A stretch of DNA of 61,790 nucleotides, filler included, from Platydemus manokwari (lineage: Eukaryota), in assembly GCA_037951405.1 (NCBI GenBank). It is 6 parts of 6 records of this genome, joined end to end, with 100 filler letters (N's around TTAATTAATTAA, not from the genome) between each part and the next. Parts side by side here need not be neighbours in the genome. Positions count along the whole stretch, not along the records: positions 19,910 to 31,091 come from JBBMOY010852200.1; positions 31,192 to 40,641 come from JBBMOY011248097.1; 4 more parts are not named here. One strand, 5' to 3'. Below the pieces are notes generated by a model, which made no database searches, was not told the DNA's origin, and saw only the letters and a list, made by a program, of their open reading frames with translations. Shown here in pieces: positions 22,901 through 37,434 of this stretch. Numbering within the stretch: the stretch's first letter is position 1; each line of letters starts with the position of its first letter. A program made the position numbers and the translations under genes.

Positions 22901-23364
22901 TTTTGAGCTCTGATGATTTTTATAACAAAAATCTGTGATCAAACAAAACAGGTAATTATAAATTTTGAAAATCTATCAATAATTGCAAATATTTCAAAAC
23001 ACGTCTAAATTAATGGCTAGATATGTTAATTCGACCTAACTTTTGAGAATAATTAAAAATTAGAGAATGTTATGAAGTTCTTCATTGTATTCGGATTAAT
23101 ATAAATAAATGAAATAAATTGTTTATCCATTTTTTAGTTTTGTTTTCTTGATTAATTTGTTAATAAACAGACTGACTTTAAATTATTTTTAATTTTAAAA
23201 TAAAGGTTGTAATATTGAAATATAAATTTATTTAATTTTTAAACAACGAATTACATTTTCAATTAAAGCGAAACATTAAATAATTTTGAGTTGTTGTTCA
23301 TGATTCAGATAAAAATATGTCGAAATAAATTTGTTTTAAAATATAATAAAAAAATTTATTTATT

Positions 23365-24138
23365 ATGAACAATGATAAATGCCAAATCAAGAAACGATCT
23401 CGAAAAGATATGTCTTTCAAAGAAAAAAAGGAACTGATAGAACAATTAAAGAATGAAACAAATAAAAACCAAAGATACTTGGCCAAAAAGTATCGGATTT
23501 CATTAGGAATGATAAATAAGCTGTTGAGAAGTACAAATTTAATCGGTGATAGTGAGTGTGAGCTACGGAATTTGGAAAGAAAACGAAGAGCACCGCTCAG
23601 AAAGACAAAAGAAATCGAGCCGATTCTGTACAGATGGTTCCAAAGGCAACAGGCTATGAATATTACATTGAAGAAAGATGATTTTAAAACGAAAGCCTTA
23701 GAAATAGCATTGAAATTGAAAGTCAACGATTTTAGAGCTTCTGACGGTTGGATGTGTGCCTTTCTGAAGAGAAATCTTATAACATTAGACGGCGGTTTTA
23801 CTAAAATCAATACAATTCATGATGGTTTTAATAGAAAAATAGTGAAATCAGAAAGTAATGATGTTTGTATGTCAAACCAAAGTACTTCAGTCAAAGAGCA
23901 ATCTAATGAGAATATCCATATTTATTTAACAGATCATATTTCAGAACAGAATATTCAGTATATCAAAGAAGAACCAGTGTTACATGATACTAGTGAAGAT
24001 TATAATTTAAAAAATGATGATATCTGCAAGTGTATTTTAAAATTAGAAAGATTCTTTATGTTAAACCTTCCCCACAAAATAGACCAAATTCGGGCAATCA
24101 AAGAATCATTTATTGATAATTTTTTGCTGACTAAATGA
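23365..24138 (+). CDS. CENP-B/Tigger/pogo-type DNA-binding protein (psq-type HTH + CENP-B HTH), no DDE domain
   Basis: RKDMSFKEKKELIE...QRYLAKKYRISLGMINKLL; EIEPILYRWF....R...I.......KALEIA.KL...DFRASDGWMCAFLKRN. Intact 257-aa ORF that ends without a catalytic domain. Confidence 0.85.
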   Translation: MNNDKCQIKKRSRKDMSFKEKKELIEQLKNETNKNQRYLAKKYRISLGMINKLLRSTNLIGDSECELRNLERKRRAPLRKTKEIEPILYRWFQRQQAMNITLKKDDFKTKALEIALKLKVNDFRASDGWMCAFLKRNLITLDGGFTKINTIHDGFNRKIVKSESNDVCMSNQSTSVKEQSNENIHIYLTDHISEQNIQYIKEEPVLHDTSEDYNLKNDDICKCILKLERFFMLNLPHKIDQIRAIKESFIDNFLLTK

Positions 24139-27100
24139 TATTATTTAATAAAATAATTGGGTATTTCGATGCATCTTATTCATTCTATTATGCTCAAATT
24201 AAGTCTCGTTGATAAGTTGAAGTATTTATGAATTTAAAAATGGTTATTTTATTACAAGTTTTCTAAAACAAAAAGCTACATGATTAAACAAATTAAATTT
24301 TACATTCATAAATACTTCTATTACTTTTTAAACAATAAACTTAGATCGAAATATCGATTAATTGAAAATAAATTCTTTAGTCAATATTTTAAATATAATT
24401 ATGTCATTTTAAGGTTGTTAATTTATAATTTCGATTATAATTTTAATAGTAATTATTAATTTAAATATTTAATTCCCAATTAAATTATCAAAACCACTTC
24501 CTATTATCGATTAATCTGTCTTTTTTTTATTAAAATTTAATTGCAAATTTCGATTTTATTTTAGAATCTAATATTCAATTATCATGTTTTCAATTTAACT
24601 TGTTGATTTTAAACGAGCTAGCTTGAAGAAATTTTCTATTAATGACAACAGTACATTGATATTTTTGATCTATGAATAGAAATAATGAATTTCCATTGAG
24701 GTAATTTTTTAATTAGATTCTCAGTCTGTATTGAGATAAATAAAAAATATATTTTCGTACATATTTAGATTGTTGATATAATAATAGATGGGGACGAAAT
24801 TTTCGAAATAAGATTTTAGATTGATCAAACAACAGCCGATCTGAAAGCAATTCATAGTTTTGTTTGAATATCGCTAAAGGTGTTCAACCGATATTCATGT
24901 TTAGAACTCCTTTTCACACTTCAGTCTCTTATATAACCTAGAACCCCTGTTACATAATCTCCTCACTAGTAAATTTGATTATGCTTCCACATAATTCAAT
25001 TACAACATCACCTTGTTTCCAACATTCGTTTAAGAATATTTGAGTGCTAAACAGGATAGTCCTTACAATCACTGATATATCCATTCCAAACCATGTTTCT
25101 GTTTTATATGTTCACATTGTGTTATTCCGCTAAAAAGCTAACAAATTAATTACATTTCAGATAAAAATCCCGATGTTTGCTTTATATAAAATATCATAAA
25201 ATATTATAAAACATTTATGAAATATATACCCAAATTACAGTTAAAATATATCTATTTGATGGTATTCCAGTGGTTTATAAAAACACTGCCTTTTCATCAC
25301 AATTCATCGTAACAAAAACTGGGTTTCCATTTCTTTGAAGTACAAATAAATTGCAGGTTTAAATAGTAGAAATGCGATGAAAATTGTTTACCATTATAAC
25401 ACGAATTGTTTTAAAGTGCAAAATGAGAAATTTTTAAAATATTTATTCCTTTTCATTCTTTGAAAACAATATGTTTGAAAAATTCTATTAATAGTAATTT
25501 TTTAAATAAAATATCTATTCGAAATATTTATTGACTTTTTAAGTTTGAAGTTAAGCAAACCAAACTCCATATTTAGGCCTTATTATTCTTAACATAAGTA
25601 ATATAAAATTACATGGTAATGTAAAAGAATTATTAAAATAAAAATATTAAAAAAACTATTGATTTTGTAAATGGTGATTGTTAAAACAGAAAAGGTTTTG
25701 CTTTTAATTCGATAATTCAGTCAATAATCAACTGATAATTTAATTGAGGACATGTTAAAATTAATGATTTTCAGATGAGATTCTGTAATTGGCTCTTCTG
25801 TTGATTTTGATTTTGTAAAATCTATTATTAAACGCTTCGTTTTAATTATTTATTTTTTCTATGGATTTTTGATTTTCCAGTTCCATTCAATAATTGATTT
25901 GCTTTGTTTCATTCATTCACATTTCGGCTGTGAGTTACTGGCTGAAGGGGTTCAAAAACGGGATCATTAGATATAATAACTCAACATATAATTTTAATTT
26001 ATTGATTCACACTAGCATATATAGATATTTATATAAGTGTATTGAAAGATGTATTGGAGAATCAATGAAATCAATTTAAATTAAAAATAACTTTTAATAT
26101 TAGATTTATATTTTTTTAGAAATTATATATAATTATTTTTCCGTTGTTCACTAAAATAAAACAAGCCTACAAATAATCGAAAAACATAGTAATGTTCCAA
26201 TCGGATTCATAAGGCAAGCAGATGTCTGACAAAAGCAAACATAACGAACAATTAGAATTAATATAAAATCAACACAACCCTCCATTCATCGATAAATATA
26301 CAAAAAAACAAACATTATCATTCATTTTCATCCATTAAAACGAATTTAATTATTCATTTAGCTTCTAACTTACAACACATGATGATATGATAGAGTTTCT
26401 TAACAATTCGATAGTCGATAAGGAGAAATATGATATTTTTTGACTTTCTTTTGCAGTTTTACAGAGTTTCACATTAAAAAAACAATTTATAATATCGCAC
26501 TTAACAATCGAAATCCGTTTTCAATTAGATCGAGTTAAATATTTGTTAATAGTAATAATAATCATAGTAATATTATCATTGATTTTACGATTAATCAATT
26601 TTTATAAATAATTTTAAAATTAAGTTAACTAATTAATTTAAAATTGGTTAATAATAAACGCTGAACATTTATATTAAGAGTATCTGTGATCAAAATTGAA
26701 GAACTCTTGTTTTGATATTGTATTTTTATTATTTATTTTTACTTAAATCAAGACATAAAAGATACCGGAGACTATAAATTAGTTATAATAATAAAAATAA
26801 ACGTGACTAGAACAATAATGAAATATATTGGTGATAAATAAAACCAGATAGGGACTTAGACTAACTTATAACTCAAATATCGTTTTCTAAGACTAACAAA
26901 ATACATTTCGCATTCTTTAACTGACTTCCACTAGCAGTATCGAATGTTTGCGACAGAATTTATAGCCAAAAGTTTGTGTTTTGCCTGTTCTCAATTTTTA
27001 TTCGATGTTCTGATTTTCGAGATTCCTATTGGAGTTAATGATTTCTGATGATTTGGATTGGTCAATTCCTGTGTATGTGCCTTCATGTAGGCATATATTT

Positions 27101-29832
27101 TGCCAAATTGAAATCTTCAATCTGGGTTGCTTCTGATTTGTCAAAGATCGTTATCTGCACGAAAATATTGCTTACTTGACAATATAATTACTCGACAATA
27201 TATAATAATATAATATGATACAATAATAATACAAATCACAACAATGCTGATGATATACTAATAATAATAGTGATAAAAGTCACAACCATAATGGCAAAAT
27301 AATGAGAATGATATATACAATGAGATAATAATAATTTAAATTGAGATGGATGTGCCTTGAGTTAAATAGAAGTATTCCAATGAAAGAAAAATAAATAATT
27401 TCTTATTTTAATTCAGATAATATTAATAATTTTAATATTTACATGGATTGTGATTCGAAATTAATACTGAAGTTCAGATAAAAATCCAAAAATAACCACA
27501 ATGATAAATAATTACTGAAACTTAACTGCAAAAATCAACGGATGACAAGGCTCACAAGTTCTTGGAGAGAAATTTCATTAATTTGACAGATATTTTTAAA
27601 CAGGTATCTCCTCAAATCAAAACACAGATCTATTAAATCACTTAAACGCAATTTTTAATTAAATTTTATTTGGAATTCTTTGAAGGAGATTTTTCTGTGG
27701 CTTAGAAGTTTTCGGAAGGGAAAATTTTAACTGTGATTTTAGATATTTTTTTGTCAAATTATGTTTTAATCAATAGGTTTATGAAATATGGATTTGTATA
27801 ATATGGAATCGATTAGGGAATTTAATTGATTTTCTGCTGCAACCTTGAATTTAATTGTATGGAATATTTTAATTATTCCTTACTAAATTGTCAACAATTA
27901 GATGATACGATACTTTTCATCTGGCAATTCCATGATTTAGATTCCACGAAGGAACAAATTAGGAGCATATCAGACCAGCTATCGGATAAACAGGCGCAAA
28001 GAAAACAAAACCTAAATTGTATTGTAAATATTAAGAAAATACTGTCGCAGAAACTGAAGACACATATGAAGATCCAAAACCTCGTTTAAACAAGTTTGAA
28101 AAAATACATCCAGACAATGAACACATTTACATCAACAACCAATCAGATTGCTTATAAGCAGAATCCTTTGATTGGACTGTTATTGATTTAACTTACACAC
28201 GATGAGGACACACATATTCAACTATCTATCAATCGAATTTCGATAAAAAACCACATTACCAGGTTAAACCTTGTGATTATTCAACCCTACATTTACAAAT
28301 GAAATTAATGCGAACAAAGAGCACACGCATTTTTTGACAACAAAAACGATAAAAACTCTTCGTTGACTTTTACAAAATTTGAAGTTATTAATATTTTTTG
28401 TAATTAATATTTTAATTTTGATTTTGTTTCATTGTGATTTCAAATTATTTTGTCGTTTTATTCCCAAAATTTTTCCGCGTAGTTTTCGGTTCATTTTTTG
28501 ATTGACTGACACGATTTCGTTATAATATGGACGAAAAGTGAAACGAATATTTGACCTTGTAAGGCTCTAAGATTATTTATCTAATAGTATTTAAAAAAAT
28601 TATTGTAAATTTTATTAAGAATTTCATTTTTAAAAATGAAATTAAAATAAAATAAAAAAATCTTCTAAATCAATATTTTTTCACTAATTTATTTTATGAA
28701 ATTATTTATTTTTTTTGCTTTAACATTAAATAAAACGAATTTGCTTCTTAATCTAATTTTTTAAAAAAAGCAAAAAAATAATTTTTTTATCATTCTTTTT
28801 AGTCCAATTGAAGTCAAGAAAAATGACAGAAAGTCAATGTTTTATTTATTCATCTTAAAAGATCAAACTCTATTGACAGACGCCTAATTCAAATAAACAT
28901 TTAAATTGAAATCTAGAGTTTGTCGCTGGGAAACTTATAAATCAAGACGAATAAAGCTTTTTCGATGTCGGTTTCACAAAAAGTTGATTTGAAAAATTTA
29001 AAATAAAACCGGATGTTCTTGTTGGGCAATTAAGTTGGATAAAAATAATCTGATGCTATGATGAGCATGTCAATTATTCTCGATAAAAGCTAAAAACATC
29101 TTGAAATCGATCAATATAATGAAGATATTCAAAAAAAATTAAAGAAAGTTACATTATTTTTCTCCGAATTATATTCCCAATCGATATAAACATGTTGAAT
29201 GAAACATTGCAATCGAAAAATTGAACCTAAATTTCAGATTAGTTTAAAACAACTTGGGGATAAAATTGATCGAAAATTAAATTGATCTTTACATGATATT
29301 TCTTTGAATATAACAATATCTACTCTCACGAAAGTGCTATGGGGAGGGAAAATAGTTGGTTTATTACAAAAATTGTTTCTAAATTAAAAATTTCACAAAA
29401 AATTACTTATAGTTTATTGGTAATTACAGAATTATTTTAAGAATTATATAGCATTGAAAAAATTATAAAACTATATTTCTTTTGGTTGAGATCTTTTTTA
29501 GTTATCTCTTTGATTATTGTGAAAGCTATTGAGTCAATTTTTCTATCTAAATCCGATTGGTACGTAATATATTAATCTCCTAGATCAAATATGTAGAAAT
29601 GAGTCTGTAGGTATGAGCTACAGTTTGCATTTGACCTGTAAACAGAGGATTGCTGAGGTTATTTTCATCTGATCTTTTCCTTTTTTTTATTCAATTTAAG
29701 ATAAATCACAACTTGTTTTGTGTAACTATGTTCGTGCGTGTAACTAATTCGATGTGGCTATTAGCAATTATATATACACAGTATTTGAGAAGGCATTAAA
29801 GTTGAAGAAATTTATTTTTAGCAAGATTAGAT

Positions 29833-30221
29833 CGCAATGTTAGATCGTTTCTTGATGCGAAATCACAAAATAATTAACTTGAACGAAGATAATTCGCTGA
29901 ATACCCTTCTAGTTCACTAGATCTCACATCATTGGGCTTTTTATAGAGAAACATAAAAGACAAAGTCTATGCTATGAAGCTTGTTTCAATGGCTGAATTG
30001 AGGACAGTTATTGAAACTGAAAGCACCAAAATATAAAATGAATTGTTTCATGATGTGTGGATTTCAAAAGCTTCAGATTGTCAAGGATTCCTGATCCAGA
30101 ATGGGCATCGACTTTAAAACAACCCGTATTAAAACAATAAAACGATGTTTGTATATTCTATCAGATTATAACTACTTTACGATTATTTGAAGTGTACTTA
30201 CATTTTTCGGGAGACACTGTA
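29833..30221 (+). mobile_element. Tc1/mariner DD41D (rosa-like) transposase C-terminal relic + right TIR
   Basis: RNVRSFLD...EYPSSSLDLTSLGFL*RNIKDKVYA.K...AELR..IE...QNGH resembles WPPRSPDLTPLDFFLWG.LK..VY...GxxFE. Ends ...GGGAGACACTG-TA. Confidence 0.7.
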
Positions 30222-31091
30222 TATATCGATAACATTAAGATATGATTTATTTTTCCGTAAACATTTGCCATTTTATCGACTTTTTAAATTATGTTTTCGC
30301 ACAGTTGCATTTCAACTCATATTAATGGTCATAAAAATAAGATTAATCTTATATTTAGAGTAATACGTTATGAGATATAGATCATATCATTAACATTAGA
30401 AGTTAATAAATAATAATAATAATAATAATTACAAAATAAATACTGGCAATAATAGAAATAAATAAATAATAATACATATAATTATTCAAATAATATTCAT
30501 GGCAACTATCCAAATCGTGCAACGATTGCTAGTACTGCCAGACCGACTGGCAAATAATGATTATCGGTTATGATCAATATATCGAAAATATCACAAAAAC
30601 CCATAAAATACCTACAATAATATATTACTAATAAAACAATTAACGCCGCTCTAGTCTTTTATTTTTTGAAAAGCTATGCATTGCAATATTCCATTGTACT
30701 AAATTTTTAAATATTTCAGTAAACTATTTTCAAACTATTTTCAAAATAAGGCCAGTTAATTTTAAAAAAAATATAAATTTTTTACAACAATATAATATAC
30801 CATCAAGATTTTAATTATTTATAAAAAATATGAAAGTAAAATTCGAATCAACGATTTAGATAATATTATAATTGTCAATGTTGGAATTAATGTTGTTTTG
30901 AACTTAATTCTTATTCGTGATTGATAATTGTAAACGTGGGAATTTTAAAATAAATTGATATTTGAAAGATCGGATAAAGTTAAAAAAAGGGTCCTAAAAT
31001 AAAATTTTAAAATTGTGGAGTGTATTGCAAAAATCTATGTAGATTATTTAATTAAATTCTTTAATAACATTTTGAATTTTTTATTTAAGTA

Positions 31092-31191
31092 NNNNNNNNN
31101 NNNNNNNNNNNNNNNNNNNNNNNNNNNNNNNNNNNTTAATTAATTAANNNNNNNNNNNNNNNNNNNNNNNNNNNNNNNNNNNNNNNNNNNN
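31092..31191. other. Assembly spacer
   Basis: N44-TTAATTAATTAA-N44. Confidence 0.97.
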
Positions 31192-31266
31192 AAATATTTT
31201 CTTATGAGTTATGCTTCTTCAAATATGTGCATGAAAATCGGACATTTCATATGGGACAACCTAATA
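31192..31266. mobile_element. Terminal fragment (TIR + TA) of a mariner element, copy 2
   Basis: Identical to 19910-19983. Confidence 0.75.
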
Positions 31267-31749
31267 GAAAAATACTGTCTGTTATTTGTGAAAAAGATTC
31301 TTTTTCGTTTCACATCGTATATAAAATAGTTGCTTAAATGAGCTGTTAAAGTTATTTGAATTCGAGAAAATTTGAATAAATTCTGTAACGTTCTGCAGTT
31401 CAAATGATCTCATTTTATCAACGCCAGTGTACTTGCTAGAATGGAACTTAAATAAGATAATTAAAGTGTAAATGATCTCTTATATCATTATATTTAAACA
31501 AAAGCTTCTCTTGTCAATGTAGTTTATTACAGTAATTTTCAGCGGTTTCTCATTTTCATCGATCTGTTAGAATTTCATTTCCATGTCTGTCTGTTATATC
31601 ATTTTATGAAGTAGTTTGTATCTGTTATATTGATATGTTTTTAATACCATGTTTCGAAGGATAATATTTCCAAAATATCGATTCCTCTATAGTTGAAGAA
31701 AGCTAAAATCAAACACCATTACAATACATTAAATATCATGATGTCACTT

Positions 31750-32950
31750 GGTCTGGTTACAAAATATTTTCTCACTTAATTAAATGGTTCTAATTATTGA
31801 AACTCGATCATTCATAAGTTTGTTTGTTGTATTCAACCGAGATTTTAAAACACACCTGTTACTTGAATTGATGATGGCAATAGAAATATTTTCAGGAAAA
31901 CTTGGAGAAAGGTTAATATATGTAAACTATTAGAATCAAAAGTTGCGCTTATATTTGCATAATTCAGATACTAATTGATTGTGTGTAAGGTGAGGAGTGT
32001 TTTTTGCTTTTATTTCTTTGATATAGCACTGGAGTTCAGAAAGTCCACCTCAGATTGCTGTGTTGTTCTCTTCAGCTTTGAATACCAATTTAGTTACCAA
32101 CATTTTTAAAATCATGTTTTCAATTTCCTCCAGTGTTTTATAAGTGGTCTCAATACATTCAATAAACAATGATTCCATTGTTTTCAATCAAATTTCCCTT
32201 TTGCATAATAACCTAGAATACTTGTTTCGTCGTATGTTGCTTCAACAAAACATATTTGACATGATAGGGAAATATTTGGTCTGCATTTGATTGATTCGAA
32301 TATTTATCGTGCTAAAATCGAATATATTGTTACAGTGTAGTTCTATTTCGAGCCAATAGTAAAAGTCAGACACTCTAATTCCTATATGGAAACAGAAAAT
32401 ATTGGAATTATTTTAATTATATTTTCTCTCGTATGATAGTTAAAAACATCACCTTAGCAACTCCACTTCATTGACATACTCTCATATATGTATGCAATAC
32501 AGTGGATGACCAAACACAAATCGCAATTATCGTTTAGAATTTTGTATTCATTTTTGTTTTCATTTACTGAAAAATTTTTTAAAAACCATTTATATTTCCT
32601 AATAAACAAGTGTGTATAAACTGCTATCAGTCATATTATATCGATTTAAAATTGTTGAAAAGGGTTGTCAGGGATTTATTATTAAATCGGTGATGCTCTG
32701 ACTACATTGTCTGCTTATAGACAGGTTGGACACAGTTCCTCTCTATTCAACAATATTCCTATTCCTGTCTATTGATGTTTATTCAATTGATGACCTAAAA
32801 TATGTTCTTCAATAATTTATTTTTATTGTTGGATTAAGACAAACCAGCCCTTCACTACTAGCATTTTTTGAGATTAAGTTTGGATACCGGTTAATTATAA
32901 TGCTCGCTTAAGTTATCCTCAAATTTCACCAATAATCCTATTCCAATATT
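31750..32950 (-). mobile_element. Decayed hAT-like transposase relic (boundaries approximate)
   Basis: VIHCIAY (~32490-32510) resembles the hAT HCxAH motif. FLQVFLKIFLLPSS (~31870-31910) resembles the dimerisation region. Many stops. Confidence 0.4.
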
Positions 32951-33221
32951 CAATAATATGCCATGTAAAACCCAATCAAGAAACTCAATCCATAAAGCGA
33001 GTTTAACCATAATATTTCAACAAATTATATATTTTTTAAAATATACTTTTTATTTTATATCCATTAAATAATTTAAAAATTTATTTGCAACATTTTCAAA
33101 TTATCAATTTGTTTTTCATCGAATTTCTTGACTTACTGTGCACTTCTTGTTATTAAGTTAGCTATTTCTCTAAAGTCTTATGTCGAATTCTCTTTTAATT
33201 CCGTACTGCCATATTATTTAG

Positions 33222-33427
33222 TGTCTATCTGTGCCTCTCTCTGTCTCTATCTATCTCTCTCGCTCACTCCCCCTCTTTCTCTGTCTCTCTGTCTCTCTCT
33301 CTCTGTTTCTCTGTCGCTGTCTCTCTCGCTCACTCTCTGTCTGTCTCTCTCTGTCTCTCTCTGTTTCTCTGTTTCTGTCTCTCTCGCTCACTCTCTGTCT
33401 GTCTCTGTCTCTCTGTCTCTCTGCCTG

Positions 33428-33481
<54 letters not shown>
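33222..33481. repeat. Compound microsatellite (CT/CTGT)n followed by (TA)n
   Basis: Directly visible in the sequence. Confidence 0.97.
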
Positions 33482-33486
<5 letters not shown>

Positions 33487-36400
33487 GAACTAATCGGAAT
33501 TGAATTCAAATTCCTGTTGGCAATTTAAACCGGCGCTATTTTATGGAATGTAAATTAAAAACGAGTGAAGAGGTTCGACCAGAATATTATGCATAATATT
33601 TAAAAAATTATATCGTTTTAATATATTCAATTATTTAAAAATAGACCACCTAAATTTTAAAATTCTCACATATTATATAACGATTTTTTCTGAATTTTTA
33701 CAGAAAACTAGGTAAGAATTATATTAGAGGTTACCTTAGAAATGGCATTATTCAAAATATCGATTAATCAAGGCTTTGGAAGAAAACAAAATACTTAATA
33801 TAAATCATTACTTAAATATTCAACTGAAATATTTAAAGAACCTTATTTTTCAAAATCGATAAGTGAAATTCAAAATGAATTCTAATCTTTCGTAATAGAT
33901 GATAATGCAAATTGAAACAACACAATTGATCTAATTATTTATTCAAAATAAAATATCTGAGTCTCGTTATTTTTAGATCATAAAAAAATCTAGTTCATCA
34001 AAAAAAATCGATGTTTTTATTCCAAAACGAGATTATGTTTCCATGGGTTTCTGTAAAGGTATTTATAAGCAAATAGTATTTTTTCATCTGTAGAAATAAT
34101 TATAATTGGTTTTGGTTGACGATCATTTTGAATTTCGAAATAAATCGAATTATTATTTCTGAAAATGAAAATAATATCTTGTTCCTAAACAGACATTCCG
34201 ACAGTAAAGATTTAATCTAAGTCCTGATCGACTGATTTAGATCATAAAAACAATAAAATTCAGAAAATACTTTCTCAAATAAAACAAACTCAGTCTTAAC
34301 TTGTTTGATTGATGGCATCGTTGTTTGTGAGAACTATGGTTTCAAAAATGCGTTTGTGACGTTTGAGAATGTCCATCAAAATTTAATCTCTTTATCCAAT
34401 AAGGGGTAATAAAATCTTATTTTTAAATGATTTCGCTATTTAATAGTCCAGTGGACGTTAAAATTTTATGATTGATGACCAGTGAGACTTAGGATTTATG
34501 TTCCAAAAGTGTGTTACACAACATTATATGAATGTTTTGAATGGTTTGTTGTGATATCGAATCCAGTTGTAATTATTACAGGTTCCAAAATTTCCTAAAA
34601 ATTGTTGAGTGAGATGAAGTTCTGGGGAAAAAAACGGATTTGCACCTTGGAACATTTGCATGCCTACACAACCATATAGGAATGGTAACCAACCAATCAA
34701 AGTGTGGTTAGATGATAAACGACAATTAGGAAAAGGAGCATATCCACACAACAACACGTATGGGTACTGACCAATCCCACTCATTCAAAAATTTGAAATT
34801 CCAATAGGAAAAGCAAATATCAGACTAAAATGTGATACAACATGATAAAAAAATTACACAGATCTCGGATATAAATATCGATGTAAAGATAGCCAATTGC
34901 CAACTTGAATCCAAGTTTTTAATCGATATTTTGTAAAACCTACCGAATCTTAAGTGTAAGTTGTATTGAACATTATACGATCGAAATACAATATTAGCCT
35001 TCTATCTTGGTATCAGAGATTAGATAATTGTTTAAGGGATCCAACAAAATGATTGGTTCGACTTCAATAATAAACGAATTATCCACCAAAGGAAAGGTGG
35101 GTTCAAAGTTCTACATGATTCTGAAGAGTATGAATGACTCTAAAACCACTCTATCGGCAAACTATTGGATTGGACTTGATATTTGTTCATTCATCTAATC
35201 AGATTTTAAATTTTTTTCATAAACAAACTATTTTTATTGAATTTTTTTTCAACTATTTTTTAACATTTTTACTTTTGTCTTGTTAAGAAAATCTTCAATG
35301 AAACAAATTGGGTCACTCCGTGAAATTAATATTACAACAATTTTCCCAGGAATATAGGCTATGGATAATACATCGATAATTTTCGAAATGATACTGTAAG
35401 CATATTGATTGTTTATTTCATCTTGATATTGTGTTTCCACAATGTACTTTTAAACTTTGCATGAAATTGATTGCACTCCATTGTTGCACACCGACTGCAG
35501 ATTAATGCAGTGAACTAACTCTGTTAATACATTTTTGAAAACAGAGAAATACACAAAGGAAATGATTCAAGATTTAATATTAAAAATCAAAATCAATTTC
35601 ATTCCATTTTTTTCAACACCTTGTTTGAAATATTTTTCTTCTTATGATCAAATCTCAACTTTCCACTTTTAAATAATCACTGGAAATTATAAAAATTATA
35701 TTCCGTGCTATTATCCAATATTTTTCATTCTGTTATTCCTAAATTTAAAATTAATTGAAACTTTTCAAGCGGATAGTTTTTTCTGTCATGGGAATTGTAG
35801 TGCAATAACGAGTAAAACTATTTATTGATTTATTAAGAAAAGAGAATAACTAATTATAACATAATTTTCTCTAGAAACAGTTCGTTTACTTTTCTGAACG
35901 AGATTGCAATTATCTGAACCACGAATTCTTCGTTTCTGCATAAAGCATTTCTATTATATATAAACCTTTATTCATCAGTCTGTACGCTTATGACTGCTAA
36001 GGCTTGAAATAAATATATTTTCATGAATACCACTAGTCATAAAATGCGTTAAATTTTTGGTTTCAATTTATTGGTAATTCAAAACTTTTTATTGCCAGTT
36101 GTTCATGTGTATACGTTGGTATGCATGAATTTATTATTGATATTTTCAATTCGTTTTGTTTCTGATTGGTTGATATGTAACTTGCTTTATGATTAAAGGT
36201 TTTTAAAAGTTTCCATGGAAAAGAATTTTACAAGGTAATTAATTCGTTAGATTTTGAACGCGTAACTTTGGTTCTTAATTAGTAAAACGTTATTTCATAA
36301 CTGAATTAAGTCACTCCAAAAACCAGATTAGAAGTCCATATTTCTATGACCACAGGCAGGTTGTCATGACAATCCCATAATCAACTTGAAAAACCGAAGT

Positions 36401-37434
36401 GACAACTGTTATACAATTAAAATTTAAAATAATGGTAGGTTATTTAATCTTATCGACATTCGACTTTTGGCAGTAATTTTCTCAACAGACAAACTTTTAT
36501 AAATAGTAGCTATCATTAAAGATTGATATTTGCCATCCCAGAGAAATCAGTTATATTGATAAACATTTCATTATTCGAATCCATCCGAATTAATTAAAAA
36601 TTTCATTATGCACAATAAATTTAATTCCTTTTATACAACTTGTAATTTTGATGGTAACCGGTATAATTATAAATATTCTTTTTAAACTCTTCTATCCGAT
36701 TTCCACTTTCATAAATATGAAAAATAGTAAAACCCCGTCCTTTTGTTAGGCAGATCACAAGTCAATCAAAAGAGTCACAAGAACCAAGGATAGAACCCTA
36801 AAATGGCCAAAACACACCTGCCGTTAAACAACCAGGTTCGTTCTAATATTAATCCATATTTACAAGCTAAGAATTTAGGCAGATACCTAAAAATGGCAAT
36901 AAGCTCAAATATCCGCCAATACACGTGAGATTCGAGGAAAATTTCAAGTAGATTGATCCACGAACAAATTCAGTAAATTGAAAACGAAAATTCGTGACAT
37001 CAAGCAGACACACCCGATAGGTCGATAAAAGAGTTTGAGTTCCATGAATATCTGCAGTTTGGTTTGGTCAGTAACTTGAGTGTTAAGCTTTTAATAATGT
37101 GTCTTTCTGATTACTTTTCATTCTATTTTTGACTTTCGGGCACTGATCCTGCCTTGAGTGATTTACTTTGTGAATTGTGTAAAGATTTACTGTAGTTATT
37201 GAAACTTTGATTATGATATTTTGGTTAATACAATTTTAATATCTAAATTACTGATTAATGTACCCAACACTTCTGAGCACATTGCATTTAGGTTGTGACT
37301 CTTGAATTAATCAAATTTTCTTGGATTAATAATTTGTTATTTCAGTTTATCTGGACCAGAATTTAATAATAGGCTTAATTATTAATTTATTTAATATATT
37401 CTTTATATTTATAATCTGAGCTGTTATTATATTA

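Noticed and set aside
23298-23810. 170-aa minus-strand ORF
   Set aside because: Antisense to the CENP-B-type ORF.
24800-25400. Minus-strand cysteine-rich fragments (e.g. NCFQIGCC) suggesting a trefoil-like pseudogene
   Set aside because: Too many stops and frameshifts to reconstruct with confidence.
33128-33493. ORFs of 121 and 83 aa rich in Leu/Ser/Cys
   Set aside because: Translations of the (CT)n/(TA)n microsatellite.
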